From positions 91,867,077 through 91,931,076 of the forward strand of contig NC_057719.1 of NCBI RefSeq assembly GCF_004010195.1: 64,000 nt of DNA, written 5' to 3'. The notes beneath the pieces were generated by a model. The model had not been told where the DNA came from and did no database searches. It worked only from the letters and a program-made list of their open reading frames with translations. Below are positions 13,797 through 27,889 of this stretch, in pieces; position 1 is the stretch's first letter; every line of letters begins with the position of its first letter. The translations under genes and the position numbers were made by a program. Origin of the DNA: Chiloscyllium plagiosum (Eukaryota).

Positions 13797-14296
13797 NNNN
13801 NNNNNNNNNNNNNNNNNNNNNNNNNNNNNNNNNNNNNNNNNNNNNNNNNNNNNNNNNNNNNNNNNNNNNNNNNNNNNNNNNNNNNNNNNNNNNNNNNNNN
13901 NNNNNNNNNNNNNNNNNNNNNNNNNNNNNNNNNNNNNNNNNNNNNNNNNNNNNNNNNNNNNNNNNNNNNNNNNNNNNNNNNNNNNNNNNNNNNNNNNNNN
14001 NNNNNNNNNNNNNNNNNNNNNNNNNNNNNNNNNNNNNNNNNNNNNNNNNNNNNNNNNNNNNNNNNNNNNNNNNNNNNNNNNNNNNNNNNNNNNNNNNNNN
14101 NNNNNNNNNNNNNNNNNNNNNNNNNNNNNNNNNNNNNNNNNNNNNNNNNNNNNNNNNNNNNNNNNNNNNNNNNNNNNNNNNNNNNNNNNNNNNNNNNNNN
14201 NNNNNNNNNNNNNNNNNNNNNNNNNNNNNNNNNNNNNNNNNNNNNNNNNNNNNNNNNNNNNNNNNNNNNNNNNNNNNNNNNNNNNNNNNNNNNNNN
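13797..14296. other. Assembly gap (500 N)
   Basis: Run of N. Confidence 1.
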
Positions 14297-14439
14297 AGAC
14301 AGGGTCTTGTCCCTGGGGTGAGGAAAGTCCAGAACTAGATGGGCACAGATTTAGGGTGGGAGGGGAAAGATGTAAAAGAGACCTAAGGAGCAACATTTTC
14401 ACGCAGAGGGTGGTACGTGTATGGAATGAGCTGCCAGAA

Positions 14440-15570
14440 GGGGAGTAGGGATAACCCTAGTAACTATAGGCCGGTGAGTCTCACTTCTGTTGTGGGCAAA
14501 GTCTTAGAGAGAATTGTAAGGGAGAGGATTTATGAACATCTGGATAGGAATAATGTGATCAAGGATAGTCAGCATGGTTTTGTGAAGGGCAGGTCGTGCC
14601 TCACAAACCTTATTGAATTCTTTGAAAAGGTGACGAAGGAGGTTGATGAGGGGAAAGCGGTAGACGTGGTATATATGGATTTTAGNNNNNNNNNNNNNNN
14701 NNNNNNNNNNNNNNNNNNNNNNNNNNNNNNNNNNNNNNNNNNNNNNNNNNNNNNNNNNNNNNNNNNNNNNNNNNNNNNNNNNNNNNNNNNNNNNNNNNNN
14801 NNNNNNNNNNNNNNNNNNNNNNNNNNNNNNNNNNNNNNNNNNNNNNNNNNNNNNNNNNNNNNNNNNNNNNNNNNNNNNNNNNNNNNNNNNNNNNNNNNNN
14901 NNNNNNNNNNNNNNNNNNNNNNNNNNNNNNNNNNNNNNNNNNNNNNNNNNNNNNNNNNNNNNNNNNNNNNNNNNNNNNNNNNNNNNNNNNNNNNNNNNNN
15001 NNNNNNNNNNNNNNNNNNNNNNNNNNNNNNNNNNNNNNNNNNNNNNNNNNNNNNNNNNNNNNNNNNNNNNNNNNNNNNNNNNNNNNNNNNNNNNNNNNNN
15101 NNNNNNNNNNNNNNNNNNNNNNNNNNNNNNNNNNNNNNNNNNNNNNNNNNNNNNNNNNNNNNNNNNNNNNNNNNNNNNNNNNNNNNNNNNNNNNNNNNNN
15201 NNNNNNNNNNNNNNNNNNNNNNNNNNNNNNNNNNNNNNNNNNNNNNNNNNNNNNNNNNNNNNNNNNNNNNNNNNNNNNNNNNNNNNNNNNNNNNNNNNNN
15301 NNNNNTTATGAGGGGGCATAGCTTTAAATTAAGGGGTGGTAGGTATAGGACAGATGTTAGGGGTAGGTTCTTTACTCAGCGAGTCGTGAGTTCATGGAAT
15401 GCCCTGCCAGTAGCAGTGGTGGCCTCTCCCTCTTTATGGGCATTTAAATGGGCATTGGATAGGCATATGGAGGATAGTGGGCTAGTGTAGGTTAGGTGGG
15501 TTTGGATCGGTGCAACATCGAGGGCCAAAGGGCCTGTACTGTGCTGTATTCTGCTATGTTCTATGTTCTA
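14440..15570 (+). mobile_element. Young CR1 LINE (5'-truncated, with internal gap 14686-15305) nested in an older CR1 3' end
   Basis: Stop-free NYRPVSLTSVVGKVLE..QHGFVKGRSCLTNLIEFFE..VYMDF, then RGHSFKL..FFTQRVV and a (CTATGTT)n tail. The host CR1 resumes at GAGGAAGTGG. Confidence 0.9.
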
Positions 15571-16014
15571 GAGGAAGTGGTGGAGGCAACATTTAAAAGG
15601 CATCTAGATGGGCATATGGGCCAGGTGCTGGCAGGTGGGACTAGATTGGGTTGGGGTATCTGGTCGGCATGGACGAGTTGCTGTACATCTCTATGACTGT
15701 AAAGGAGAACAGGGTCGTTTTGAAAGAAGGATATTCCCCCAGCTGTGAAACTACAGGGAGGAGAACTTTGGACAAATGAAATCATCAACACCTCCACTTC
15801 CCCCCGCCTCCCTCCCCCGGCTGACAGTTGGAGTTTTGCTGCACGAACATATATCACAAGAATCAGAATGTTCCAGCACAGGAGGCAGCTATTCAGCCCC
15901 TCATGTCTGCTCTTCAAACAAACATCATTATCTTGTGCCAACCTTTTCCCTACATTCCCTAGCATTTCTATCCAAGTTACCATCCTTCACCCAATTAGGA
16001 AGAAACCAACCTCA

Positions 16015-16422
<408 letters not shown>

Positions 16423-17125
16423 TTATTCATTAGATTCCAACTGACAAACACAGAGACACACAGCTTTGAGTTTACCTTTGGAGAGTTTACCAACGTTCTC
16501 AGTCTCACTGATCTCAATTAACATCTCCAGAGTATAAGCTGTGAGGCAGCTGCACGAACCACTGTGTCGCCCTGGATGCTGTCCTGGATTTTCCGGACTT
16601 TGCCCCCCCACTAATCAAGGGAGTCACTGTTTGTGCTGTGCTGTAGCGGTGATGTATTAGACTATTAGTCCAGAGGTCAATCAACTGAGTGATGTGCAAC
16701 CAGGCTATCAGAATGCAGTTCATTCATGCTATTCAAGCAAGCTCCACTCACGATACTCTAGGAGAGTGGGTCATAGTCATACAGCACGCAAACAGACCCC
16801 TAAGTCCAATTTGTCCATGCTGACTAGGTTTCCAAAACTGAATAGTCCCACTTGCCTGCATTTGGCCCATATCCCACTAAAGCTTTCCTATTTGTGTACC
16901 TATCCAAAATGTTGTAACTGCACCTGTATCTACCACTTCCTCTGGCAGTTCATTCCAAACGTGAACCACTCTCGGTGTGAAAATATTGTCCCTCGCCACC
17001 CTTTTAAAATCTTTCTCCTCTCACCTCAAAAAACACACCCCTTAGTTTTGAACCCCCCCCAAGGGAAAAACCTTTGCTATTTGCTTGATCTATACCCCTC
17101 ATGATTTTATAAATATCTGAGGTCA

Positions 17126-17410
<285 letters not shown>

Positions 17411-17896
17411 CTAGAAAGTGGACAAAACAGTCACGTGAAACGGAAGAAAAAAAAAAGAGAGATCAACCTTAACCCAACCCGCGCAGCCGAGCCAACGACA
17501 GGATCTGGGTGCTGTACGTCTGTTACAGCACCTCAGCTTCACTGGTCACCATCATCCTCCTCACACTGTTGATGGGAAACGTACTGGGTCAAAATTGGTG
17601 TCACTTTTCCTCCCCTGAAATAGTGACTGCATTTCACAAGGACTTCACTGGCTGTAGCAACCTGAAGGGATTTCCTTCTTTCTAAACATTGCCAATGAAG
17701 TGGAAGACGGACTTTGCCCAGAGTGCAAGATTGAGCTCAATACAGAACGAATGCAATCCTGTGGGACTCTGCCCAGTGAATTTGATTAAAATGACCACTG
17801 TTAAAAATCTACATAGTCCATTAGGTTTGACTAGAAAGAGAGCAAATTAGCAAGTACATACAGGTTAGACCCTCAGCATGCAACTCTTACACCGTA

Positions 17897-18212
17897 GGTG
17901 GCGTGGTGGCTCAGTGGTTAGCACTGTTGCCTCACAGCGCCAGGGATCCGGGTTCGATTCCCGCCTCAGGTGGTTGTCTGTGTGGAGTTTGCACATTCTC
18001 CCAGTGTCTGTGCAGGTTTCCTCCCACAATTCAAAGATGCAGCAGATTAGGTGAATTGGCTGTGCTAAATTGCCCATATAGTGTTCCCGGATGCCCATAG
18101 GGTGGGTGCATTAGTCTGGGGTAAATGTAGGGGAGTGGGTTACTGTTCGGAGGGTCGGTGTGGACTGGTTGGGCAGAAGGCCCCGTTTCCATACTGTCGG
18201 GAATCTAATCTA
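17897..18212 (+). mobile_element. HE1-type V-SINE
   Basis: tRNA-like head GTGGCTCAGTGGTTAGCACTG..GGTTCGATTCC, V-domain and AATCTAATCT tail. Confidence 0.85.
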
Positions 18213-20762
18213 GTGCCCTCTGGAATGCCACAATTGAATCGGTCTCCTCCATATTCTACACACTAGCTACTTGCTGTGTGAAATGGATTTTTCTCACATC
18301 ATCTTTGCTTTATTTACACAGAACTGTACATTTTTATCTGAAGGGCCAGTTTCCCCACTGTAGGGATTCTATAATTCCAGTTGTTTGGTTGGTCTCCAGT
18401 ACACCTTATTTTTAATGTTTTATAGCTATCTCTCTGCCCCATTTAAATCGGATTATAGCTCATCCCTTCACTTGTTAGTCAGCTGTTGACACTTTTCTCA
18501 CACCGTCTAACCCTCTTGATCACCTGCAAAGACTCATTATTTGGCCTGTCAACACTCCACTCACACCATTTGTGCCACCTTTTGATCCCTCTGCCTATAA
18601 TTTATGGGTCTGTGTGCTTCTCTCGCACTTCACCTAACAAAGGGGTAACACTCTTAAAGCTTGGTGATTTCAAATAAACCTGTTGGGACTATAACCTGGT
18701 ATCATCTGATTTCTGACAATTATAACTGATCACGTTGTGTGTCGTTAATACTTCACTCAAAGTCTGCCATGCTAATGGGTCATTTGTCCACTGTGGTTTA
18801 TAATCGGAGGAGGGAAGCATGCCTAGGCAAGCAGGGTTCAAGGTACGATACTGTGATCAACAATCAATGAGAACAAAAATTGTTGGAATCATCATAGAGT
18901 CACACCGCATAAAAACAGGCCCTTCGGTCCAACCAGTCCACACCAACTCTGTTCCCTGCGCTTGGCCCATGTCCCTCCAAACCTTTCCTTTTCACGAATT
19001 TATCCAAATGTCTTTTAGACATTGTAATTGCAACTGCATCCGCCCCTTTCTCTGGCAGTTCCCTCCATTCCAGGCAACAGCCTGGTAAATCTTTTTTGAA
19101 CCCTCCCCAGTTTAACAATGTCCCTGCTATAACAAGGTGACGAGAACGGCACACAGTACTCCAGACGAGGCCTCACCAATGTCCTGTACAACTTCAACAT
19201 GACTTCCCAGTCTTCCTTCTCCAGATACTTCCACTTGACTGAAGGAGGAATAGAGACGGACTAGTTCCCAATAGTAAAAGTCTTTGATTTATCAATTAGC
19301 AGTCACGTAGCTTACAGTATCTGGAAAATGGGTGTCAAACAGACTATCTTTTGGCGCATGATGCTTTTTACTGCAGTGAACACGGCTCCTGCTTTTGTGT
19401 AGATTTGATTGTCAATGTTTGAAAGAAACACTCTCCAGCTTGAGAGCCGATCACACAGCTGTTCACTGACACAAGGCCTTTGTCATCGATAACTGGTCAC
19501 CAGTCTTCAGACCAACCAGCTACTTAAAAAAAAAAGCAAAAAATGCTGCGGATGTTGGAAATCCGAAATAAAAACAAAGTGCTAGAGAAGCCCAGTTGGT
19601 GTGACAGCATCTGTTGATCAAGAGGCACAGTTCAGAACTGCTCTGAAGATTGTATTGGACTCGAAACGTTAACTGTTTCCTCACCATAAATGCTGCCAGA
19701 CCCACTGAGTTTCTCCAGCATTCTCTATGCTTCAGAGACTGGCACACTGGTCAGAGGCTGCACACAAGGAAAGCATTATACAACGCTAAATTGTGTTGGA
19801 ACTTCATAGTTGGACATTGGAATGTCACATTAATGCGAGCGCTATGCTAAAAACCTCTTTCACTTCTGGTGCGCTAAACACACAAAAGGAAAATGCAGAA
19901 ATTCTGACACAGGATCCTCTCAATAGCTCCTTCCATTTATCCGAACAATTCAATCGAATATTTTTCTGCTCCAATTAAATAATCACCATGGCAACAAAGC
20001 ATCTCTTTTCTCCAATGTGATGAATTACATTATTAGGTTGTCAGCTTCTATCTCGAATGAGGTGATCACAGGGTTGCAAGTCACTCCGACTTTGCAGGCT
20101 GTTGCAGCACAGCAGTGAGTCACCAACCTCAGCAAATCCTCATCAGAGCTACCCAGCTCCCTCCAACCAACAGGAGGTGCTGTTTAAACACGGCTGGTTA
20201 ACAGTCGCGAGTGCACTGGTTCAAAGGAAAAAAAGGTTCAACAACTTTGAGGGCAGGGAATAGCACGATTATTGGAAGAATGATCCAATTAGTTTCACCT
20301 CCACCTTTCCAGAGAGCTCATGCAGGGAAGAAGGGCCCCCTTCATGCTGGCTGACTCCTTACCTGGTTGGGCCTACACATGCCTGGAGCCTCACAGCAAT
20401 GGACTCGACTTAGAGATGGACAATAAACGTAGGCCTCATCCCGTAATCGAATCAAGTTAAAAAAAAAACCCAACTCAGAGGATCACGTTCCTATCTGAAA
20501 TAAGATTCCGGTGTTTAAAATTCAGGATTAGATCATTCTCAACATCTTAATTCCAATAAAACATGGACATTCTTCTTTCTTTTTAACCCCCCAAAAAATG
20601 AAACATGGCATAGGAGAGACCATTTAGATCTGGAGTCTGTTCTGCCCCTTAGTAAGACCATGTGGGTAAGGTGTACCTGAACTCGGTTTGCTCCAGATCT
20701 CTCCAAACTTGGTCTTGAACATTTGCACTGGACTCTCCCCACACTTTTTGTTCAGACAGTCA

Positions 20763-21072
20763 TGGGGTGACACAGCGGTTAGCACTGCGGTCTCACAGCA
20801 CCAGGGCCCTGGGTTCGATTCCACCCGCTGGTGACCTTCTGCGTGGAGTCTGCACGTTCTCCCAGTGTCTGCGTGGGTCTCCTCCCACAGATGGTTAGAC
20901 AGGTTGGCTATGCTAAATTGTCCCACAGTGTCCAGGGATATGTAGGGTAGGTGGGTTAGCCATGGGAAATGCCGGCTGACAGGGATTTGGGGTTGAGGTT
21001 GAGTCGGGGTTGGATGCTCTTCCGAGGGTCAGTGTGTCGAAGGGTTGAATGGCCCCCTTCCACACTGTAGGG
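20763..21072 (+). mobile_element. HE1-type V-SINE (diverged)
   Basis: tRNA-like head, V-domain and CCACACTGTAGGG 3' end. Confidence 0.8.
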
Positions 21073-22249
21073 CGCTCTGCTACCGGTCTTGTTGTAAAGT
21101 TATAACTCATTATAAAGAAAGTTATAACACCTTGTTCTGGACCCTCCTCTTCAGAAGAAGTTTTTAAAAAACAAATACATACTCCTTTAATTATATCAAT
21201 TAAATTATCCCTTCACATTTAATATTTAAAATACTACTAGCTTAGTCTGTCCTTGTAATTTAACTTTAAGGCACTGGTGAATACCTGTTACACTGTCCAA
21301 GGTCAATACTTCATTACTAAAGTCCAGTGTCCAGATCTGGACTTCGTTTGCTGTAGATGGAGTCTGACCAAGACCCCCTCTGTACAACTGAAACACAACC
21401 TTCTCAATCTTTTATTCCAGCCCCTCTCGAATAACGACCAACATTCCGTACATTTTTGGAGTGTTTTTTTTTGTAGCTGGCTCCTCTCCATTTGAAACAT
21501 TACGCCTCTTGACCGAAGTTGCATCGAATGAGAAAACATGCTCTCCCCCAGCAACCAGAAGTGCCATTTACCACAATGCAAAGTGGCCCAATATGGAGTC
21601 TCAGAAACAATTTTAAATAAAATTTATACACTAAAAAAAGAGGGCTACAGAAACACATTCTGCATATTTATTTACAACTCATGGGATCTGGGCGATACTG
21701 GCAAGGCTAATGTTTGCTGCCTTCCCTAACAGCCTCTCAAGCCGCATAGTACAAGGGCAACTTCAGAGGGTGGGTAAGAGTCAGCCATATTGTATCGAGT
21801 CTGGAGTTACCTTCAGGCAGCACCTTCCAAATCCACAGCCACTTCCTACAAGAAGGACAAGGGCAGCAGATACACGGGAGCACCACCCTCCTCCAAGCCA
21901 CTCTGCGCCCACATTTGGAAACATACTCCTTCAGCATCACTGGATCTAAATCCTGGAACTCCCTCACCGTTAGTGGGGCGTACCGTGGGTCAACCTACAG
22001 CACCCAGACTACAGCTCACCACCATCTTCTCAAAGGGCAACTAAGGACGGACAATAAACTCTGGCCAGCCAGCCAGAGAATTTAAAAAAATGTGAGCCAG
22101 ACCAGGTAAGGATGGCAGATTTCTTTCTCTAAAAAAAAAGGCATTACTAAAGATGGATTCTTACAACAGCTGATAGTAACCATGAAACTATCACCGAGAC
22201 CAGCTTTCTTAAGATTCCCTACAGTGCGGAAACAGGCCCTTTGGCTCAT

Positions 22250-22569
22250 GGGCAGCACGGTGGCACAGTGGTTAGCACTGCTGCCTCACAGCGCCTGAGA
22301 CCCGGGTTCAATTCCTGCCTCAGGCGACTGACTGTGTGGAGTTTGCACATTCTCCCCGTGGTCTGCGTGGGTTTCCTCCGGGTGCTCCGGTTTCCTCCCA
22401 CAAGTCCAAAGATGAGCAGGTTAGGTGAATTGCCCATGCTAAATTGCCCATAGTGTTAGGTAAGGGGTAAATGTAGGGGCATGGGTAGGTTGCGCTTCGG
22501 CGGGTCGGTGTGGACTTGTTGGGCCGAAGGGCCTGTTTCCACACTGTAATGTAATCTAATCTAATCTAA
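22250..22569 (+). mobile_element. HE1-type V-SINE, full length
   Basis: GGGCAGCACGGTGGCACAGTGG through to a (CTAAT)n tail; inserted into an oppositely oriented copy. Confidence 0.92.
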
Positions 22570-22833
22570 AGTCCACACTGACCCTCCGAAGAGTAACCCA
22601 CCCAAACCCATTCACTTGCTCCCTACTAATGCACCTATCACTATGCACAATTTAGCATGGCCAATTCACCTAACCTGCACATCTTTGGACTGTGGGAGGA
22701 AACTGGAGCACCCGGAGGAAACCCATGCAGACACGGGGAGAATGTGCAAACTCCACACAGACAGTCACCCAAGGCTGGAATTGAACCGGAGTCCCTGGTG
22801 CTGCGAGGCAGCTGTGCTAACCACTGAGCCACC
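22570..22833 (-). mobile_element. HE1-type V-SINE (its 3' tip is displaced to ~22211-22248)
   Basis: Reverse-complement HE1 sequence. Confidence 0.9.
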
Positions 22834-22995
22834 ATTTATATTCTTGGTTAATGAGTTGAATTTCTATTCCATGAGGTATCATGTTGGGATTTGGACCCAT
22901 ATCCCCAGAGGATTGACCTGGGGCCTCTTGCGTTACTGGCCCACAGATATTACCTAACGTCACCATCCACCCCCTGGAAGGTAAGTGACATTTTA

Positions 22996-23280
<285 letters not shown>

Positions 23281-23739
23281 TCAAATCAAAGGCAAACATT
23301 AAGTGCTGGGACACTAATCAATTCCAGAGCAGCTCAATGAAGGTTTGAGTGATGAGAAGAATGCGGGGCAGGGGACAAGAGTATGCCGTCCAGATCAATG
23401 GGATTAGTTTGGGGTTCTGTCACCCTTCTCTAACCAATCATCTCAGTTATGGGTGTGCCCCCACTGTCTGGCATTCCCTTTGTATGAACGTGCGCCTGGA
23501 TGATCTGGCTTTCAGATTTTCCCTGCTGCAGATAAGGAATTTCTCCCGATTTGCTCTGATTTACTACTGATGCAGCGAGTGCTTTTCCTTACAACCTCGG
23601 GATGCCCCGATGTGCTGGTCACCCTCACCTCAACGGACTCCTACAGTTCAGTGCTGAGGGAATGCAGCACCTTCCGATGTGATGGTAAACTAAGGCTCTT
23701 CCTGTCAGAAGCACAAAATTACACGAGGCACGGATCTGG

Positions 23740-23930
23740 TGGAAATGGTGCTGGAAAAGCACAGCAGGTCAGGCAGCACACCCAAGGAGCAAGAAAAATC
23801 AACATTTCAGGCAAAAGCCATTCCTGAAGAAGGGCTTTTGCCCGAAACGTCGATTTTCCTGCTCCTCAGATGCTGCTGCTGTTTTTCCAGCACCACTCTA
23901 ATCTTGACTCTCATCTCCAGCATCTCACTT
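23740..23930. mobile_element. Inverted-repeat Penelope pLTR mini-element
   Basis: A minus-strand pLTR piece is joined to a plus-strand pLTR piece around CTGAAGAAGGGCTTTTGCCCGAAACGTC. Confidence 0.78.
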
Positions 23931-24584
23931 TCGGCAAATACTGGTGTAGGTCTAGGGTGAGAGGAGGGGGAAAAGCTTAAAGGATAGATGTGTGAAAAAA
24001 AATGTTTTTTTTTTAAAAAGAAATGTGCCTGGATCAGCTGCTGAGGGGATTGGTAGAAGCAGGTACTAAAGCAATGTTTAAGTATCACTTAGACAGGTGA
24101 ACAGTCACAAGATAGAGGGATATTGAGCACGTGCAGGCAGATGGGATTAGTTTGGAATAGCATGATGGTCAGCACCAACATAGTGGGCCAAAGGGTCTGT
24201 TCCTGTGCTGTATTGCTCCCTATTTTTATGTTTCTCTGTCTAGCCCCATAGTCGGACGCAAAAGATTTCATGGCCTCGATTTTAAAGGATTAATTCAGCA
24301 CTTAAAACAGATCGCCTCTCCACAGCGTCTCAGAGTGCTTTATTGTTGAAACCGCAGCCGCGTTTGTAACGTAAGAATCCCGACAGCTGAACTGCACAAA
24401 GCAGGCTGCACAAACTGCAGCAAATCCTCTCACACTGAACGCCGTTTGGCAGTAACACTGAAGGAAGCAAGGAGCCAATGTCAACCGTGGCTCCACTGGT
24501 ATCATTGTCGCCTCGGAGTTAGAAAGTTGACACACAGTTTTAAGTCCCTATTCCTAACATTTGGAGGGAGAAAGATGTACCCCA

Positions 24585-25262
24585 CATCTGAACGCCAACG
24601 CCCACCACCAAGTGTGGCTCGGCAGCAGCACTACTGATGGAGATGGGCGGGTTCTAAAGGGCACAGCTGTTAGACTAAGTCTGCAGTCAGTGGTGAGGGA
24701 ACCAAGAGAGAAAAACATACTTTACCCCTTCCTTGCCAATCTGCCAGCTGCAGATACATTAGTAAGAGTGACCAGTGCACAGTCCTTATGGAGACAAAGT
24801 CCTTCCTTCATATTGAGAATAACTTCCATCATGTTTTGTGGAACTCTCTCGGTGCTAAACAGACCCAAGATTGGAGTATCCCTGATGCGCTGTGGGCCAT
24901 AAACACCAGCAGAATTGTACCCCAGCACAGTCTGTAACCTCATGGCCTGGCATATCCCCCCCACTCAGCCCTTACCAACAAGCCAGGGGATCAACCCCGG
25001 TTCAAAGAGTGCAGGAGGGCATGCCCGAAAATAGGGTAACCACCTGATGAAGCTGCCAAGCAGGACTACTTGCAGACCAAAATGGCAAGAGATAGACAGA
25101 GCTAAGTGATCCCACAGCCAATGGATTAGATCTTGGCTCTGCAATCCTGTCAGTGAATGGTAGCAGCCCATCAAGCAGCAGGAGGAGCAGAAAGCTGTAC
25201 AAAATATCTCCATTCTGAAATGATGGCAGAGCGCAGAGGCTGAAGCATCTGCAACAACCTTC
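24585..25262 (+). mobile_element. Decayed LINE (CR1/L2 group) endonuclease-region fragment
   Basis: Translates HQVWLGSSTTD..GRVLK..VREP..KNIL..TN and KPGDQP. The same family occurs inverted at ~34085-35000. Confidence 0.7.
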
Positions 25263-25308
25263 AGGTTGAGAGTTACTTATTGTTGGATTCCTAGCCTCGG
25301 ACCTGCTC

Positions 25309-25610
25309 TTTAGATTCCCTACAGAGTGGAAACAGGCCCTTTGGCCCAACAAGTCCACACTGGCCCTCTCTGAAGAGTGACTCACCCAGACCCATTCCCC
25401 CTACCCTAATACTCTACATTTCCCCTTGTTGATGCATCCCTGGACATTACGGACAATTTAGCATGACCAATTCACCCTAACCTGCACATCTTTGGATTGT
25501 GGGTGGAAACCAGAGCACCCGGAGAAAACCCACGCAGACACGGGGAGAATGTCTGTGTGGAGTTTGCACAGGCGCCCCAGGCTGGAATCGAACCTGGGTC
25601 ATGTAGCCAC
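25309..25610 (-). mobile_element. HE1-type V-SINE
   Basis: Reverse-complement HE1 3' end and V-domain. Confidence 0.8.
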
Positions 25611-26072
25611 AGTATTTCTATGGCTAATTCAGTTGAACTTCTGGACAATGGTAACCCCTCAGGATGTTTGATGGTGGGGAATGCAGTAACACCACTGAAT
25701 GTCAAGAGGAGATGATTAGATTATTGTTGTTGGAGATGTTAGTTAATGCAGTGAAGCCACTAAAATGTGGAATCATCTTTGCAGAGTAATGGGTCGCTGT
25801 TGTAGGCAATATGGCTGTTGATCTAAACATACAACCCCAATGTCCAAATATCTGATACCCTCTCTACAGTAATTTATATACTGTACCAGTAATATATTGC
25901 AAAGCTTGGACATTTTGTAAAACTTCATGCACAAATAATGGCAGAATATGCTGCGTATGAAATGCAGACTTTGAACTTCCCTCCTCATTCCCACTGCCTG
26001 GTTGATAAAAGATTCCTGATAAGACAAGTCCAGCATTGTGATGGACCCTCGATTGTCTAAAGGTTGACATTA

Positions 26073-26342
<270 letters not shown>

Positions 26343-26510
26343 TCACAGCGTTTACCAGACTAGTAATCCACAGGACACACATTCAATTACAGCAAATTTG
26401 AATTGCTTTACCTTTAAAACAAACATTTGTAAAAATTATCTTGAAACTGGCAGGCTACAATAAAAACCCAATGGTTTAGTAATGTCTCCTTACAAAGACA
26501 ATTCTATTGT

Positions 26511-26807
26511 GGGCGGCACAGTGGCACAGTGGTTAGCACTGCTGCCTCACAGCGCCAGAGACCCGGGTTCAATTCCCACCTCAGGCGACTGACTGTGTGG
26601 AGTTTGCACGTTCTCCCCGTGTCTGCGTGGGTTTCCTCCGGGTGCTCCGGTTTCCTCCCACAGTCCAAAGATGTGCAGGTTAGGTGAATTGGTCATGCTA
26701 AATTGCCCATAGTATTGGGTAAGGGGTAAATGTAGGGGTATGGGTGGGTTGCGCTTCGGCGAACTTGTTGGGCCGAAGGGCCTGTTTCCACACTGTAATG
26801 TAATCTA
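26511..26807 (+). mobile_element. HE1-type V-SINE
   Basis: Near-consensus head, V-domain and tail. Confidence 0.9.
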
Positions 26808-27021
26808 CTGTCCTTATCCAGATTGGCCACATGCAGATGTACAACAAATGCTGGTCTTGTAAGTGAAGTCTTGATCCTGAGAAGAGACATTTTTTAACCT
26901 AAGAAGAGAGCATGACAATCACAGCTATTCCTTGTGTGAGGTTACTAACATGGGATTTTATTTGATGTGGTGAGATTAACGTGAACATAAGTTGGTGTGG
27001 ATATTCACAGAGTCTTACAAC

Positions 27022-27295
27022 AGGTTGGCACTGCTGCCTCACAGCACGAGGGTTCCAGGTTCGAATCCCACCTCGGGCGAGGAGTTTGCACATTCTTCCC
27101 GTGTCTGCGTGGGTTTCCTCCCGGTGCTCCGGTTTCCTCCCACAGTCCAAAGATGTGCAGGTCAGGTGAATTGGCCCTTAGCGTTAGGTGCATTAGTCAG
27201 AGGGAAGGGGGTCTGGCTGGGTTACTCTTTGGAGGGTCGGTGTGGACTTGCTGGGCCGAAGGGCCTGTTTCCACACTGTAGGGAATCTAATCTGA
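27022..27295 (+). mobile_element. HE1-type V-SINE
   Basis: V-domain and GGGAATCTAATCT tail. Confidence 0.85.
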
Positions 27296-27889
27296 TCTTC
27301 TAACACTTCAAAAGAGATTGTAAGGACGGTGGCTTCCTATTTTCCTGCATCTTTGATTGTGGGCTGAAATGGGAAAAAGAATTGTTTTAAAAGCTAAGCA
27401 TTGTTGCATGCTTTAAAAACAAGTTTACACAGTTACTTGTTCAGTGGGGAAAAGCTAGTTTCAAATGAGCTGGAGCTACGGGCTGTGTACAAATGGAGAT
27501 TTGGCTAGCAAAAAGTATCGATTGTCATTGTCACCATTTCACAGCCGGAAGGTCCCCTTGCCCGTCAACAAATTTGAGAGTGACTCCTAAGTAGCTAAAC
27601 AGATTGGGGATGTGAATGTTCAGGATATAACCCAATGGACCTTTGAAAGGGGAGGAGCTGTTTCTGCTCTGCAGTAAAAAGCAACTCAGACCTGAAGATA
27701 CCCTCATCTGCTGCTAGGAGCTGTGAATTTTGTTTTTAAGGAATAAATCAGAGACCTTTTAAGTGTGAACCAGTCACCCTGTACCTTCTGCAAACAAGTG
27801 AAGTACCTGGAGAAAGAAGATTGAGAAGCAGCATTCTGAACAGCAAAAAGGTCACCTCAGCAAACCCTGTAAACAAGGGTCAGTGACCT

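Noticed and set aside
13656..15490. ORFs of 214-357 aa across 13.6-15.5 kb
   Set aside because: Their length comes from N runs. The only real coding signal is CR1 reverse transcriptase.
22250..22325. tRNA-like sequences with A and B boxes (many copies)
   Set aside because: These are SINE heads continuing into V-domain bodies, not tRNA genes.
27319..27870. Possible solo LTR (also ~5930-6500)
   Set aside because: The composition is suggestive, but I could not define TG...CA ends, a target duplication or a partner LTR.
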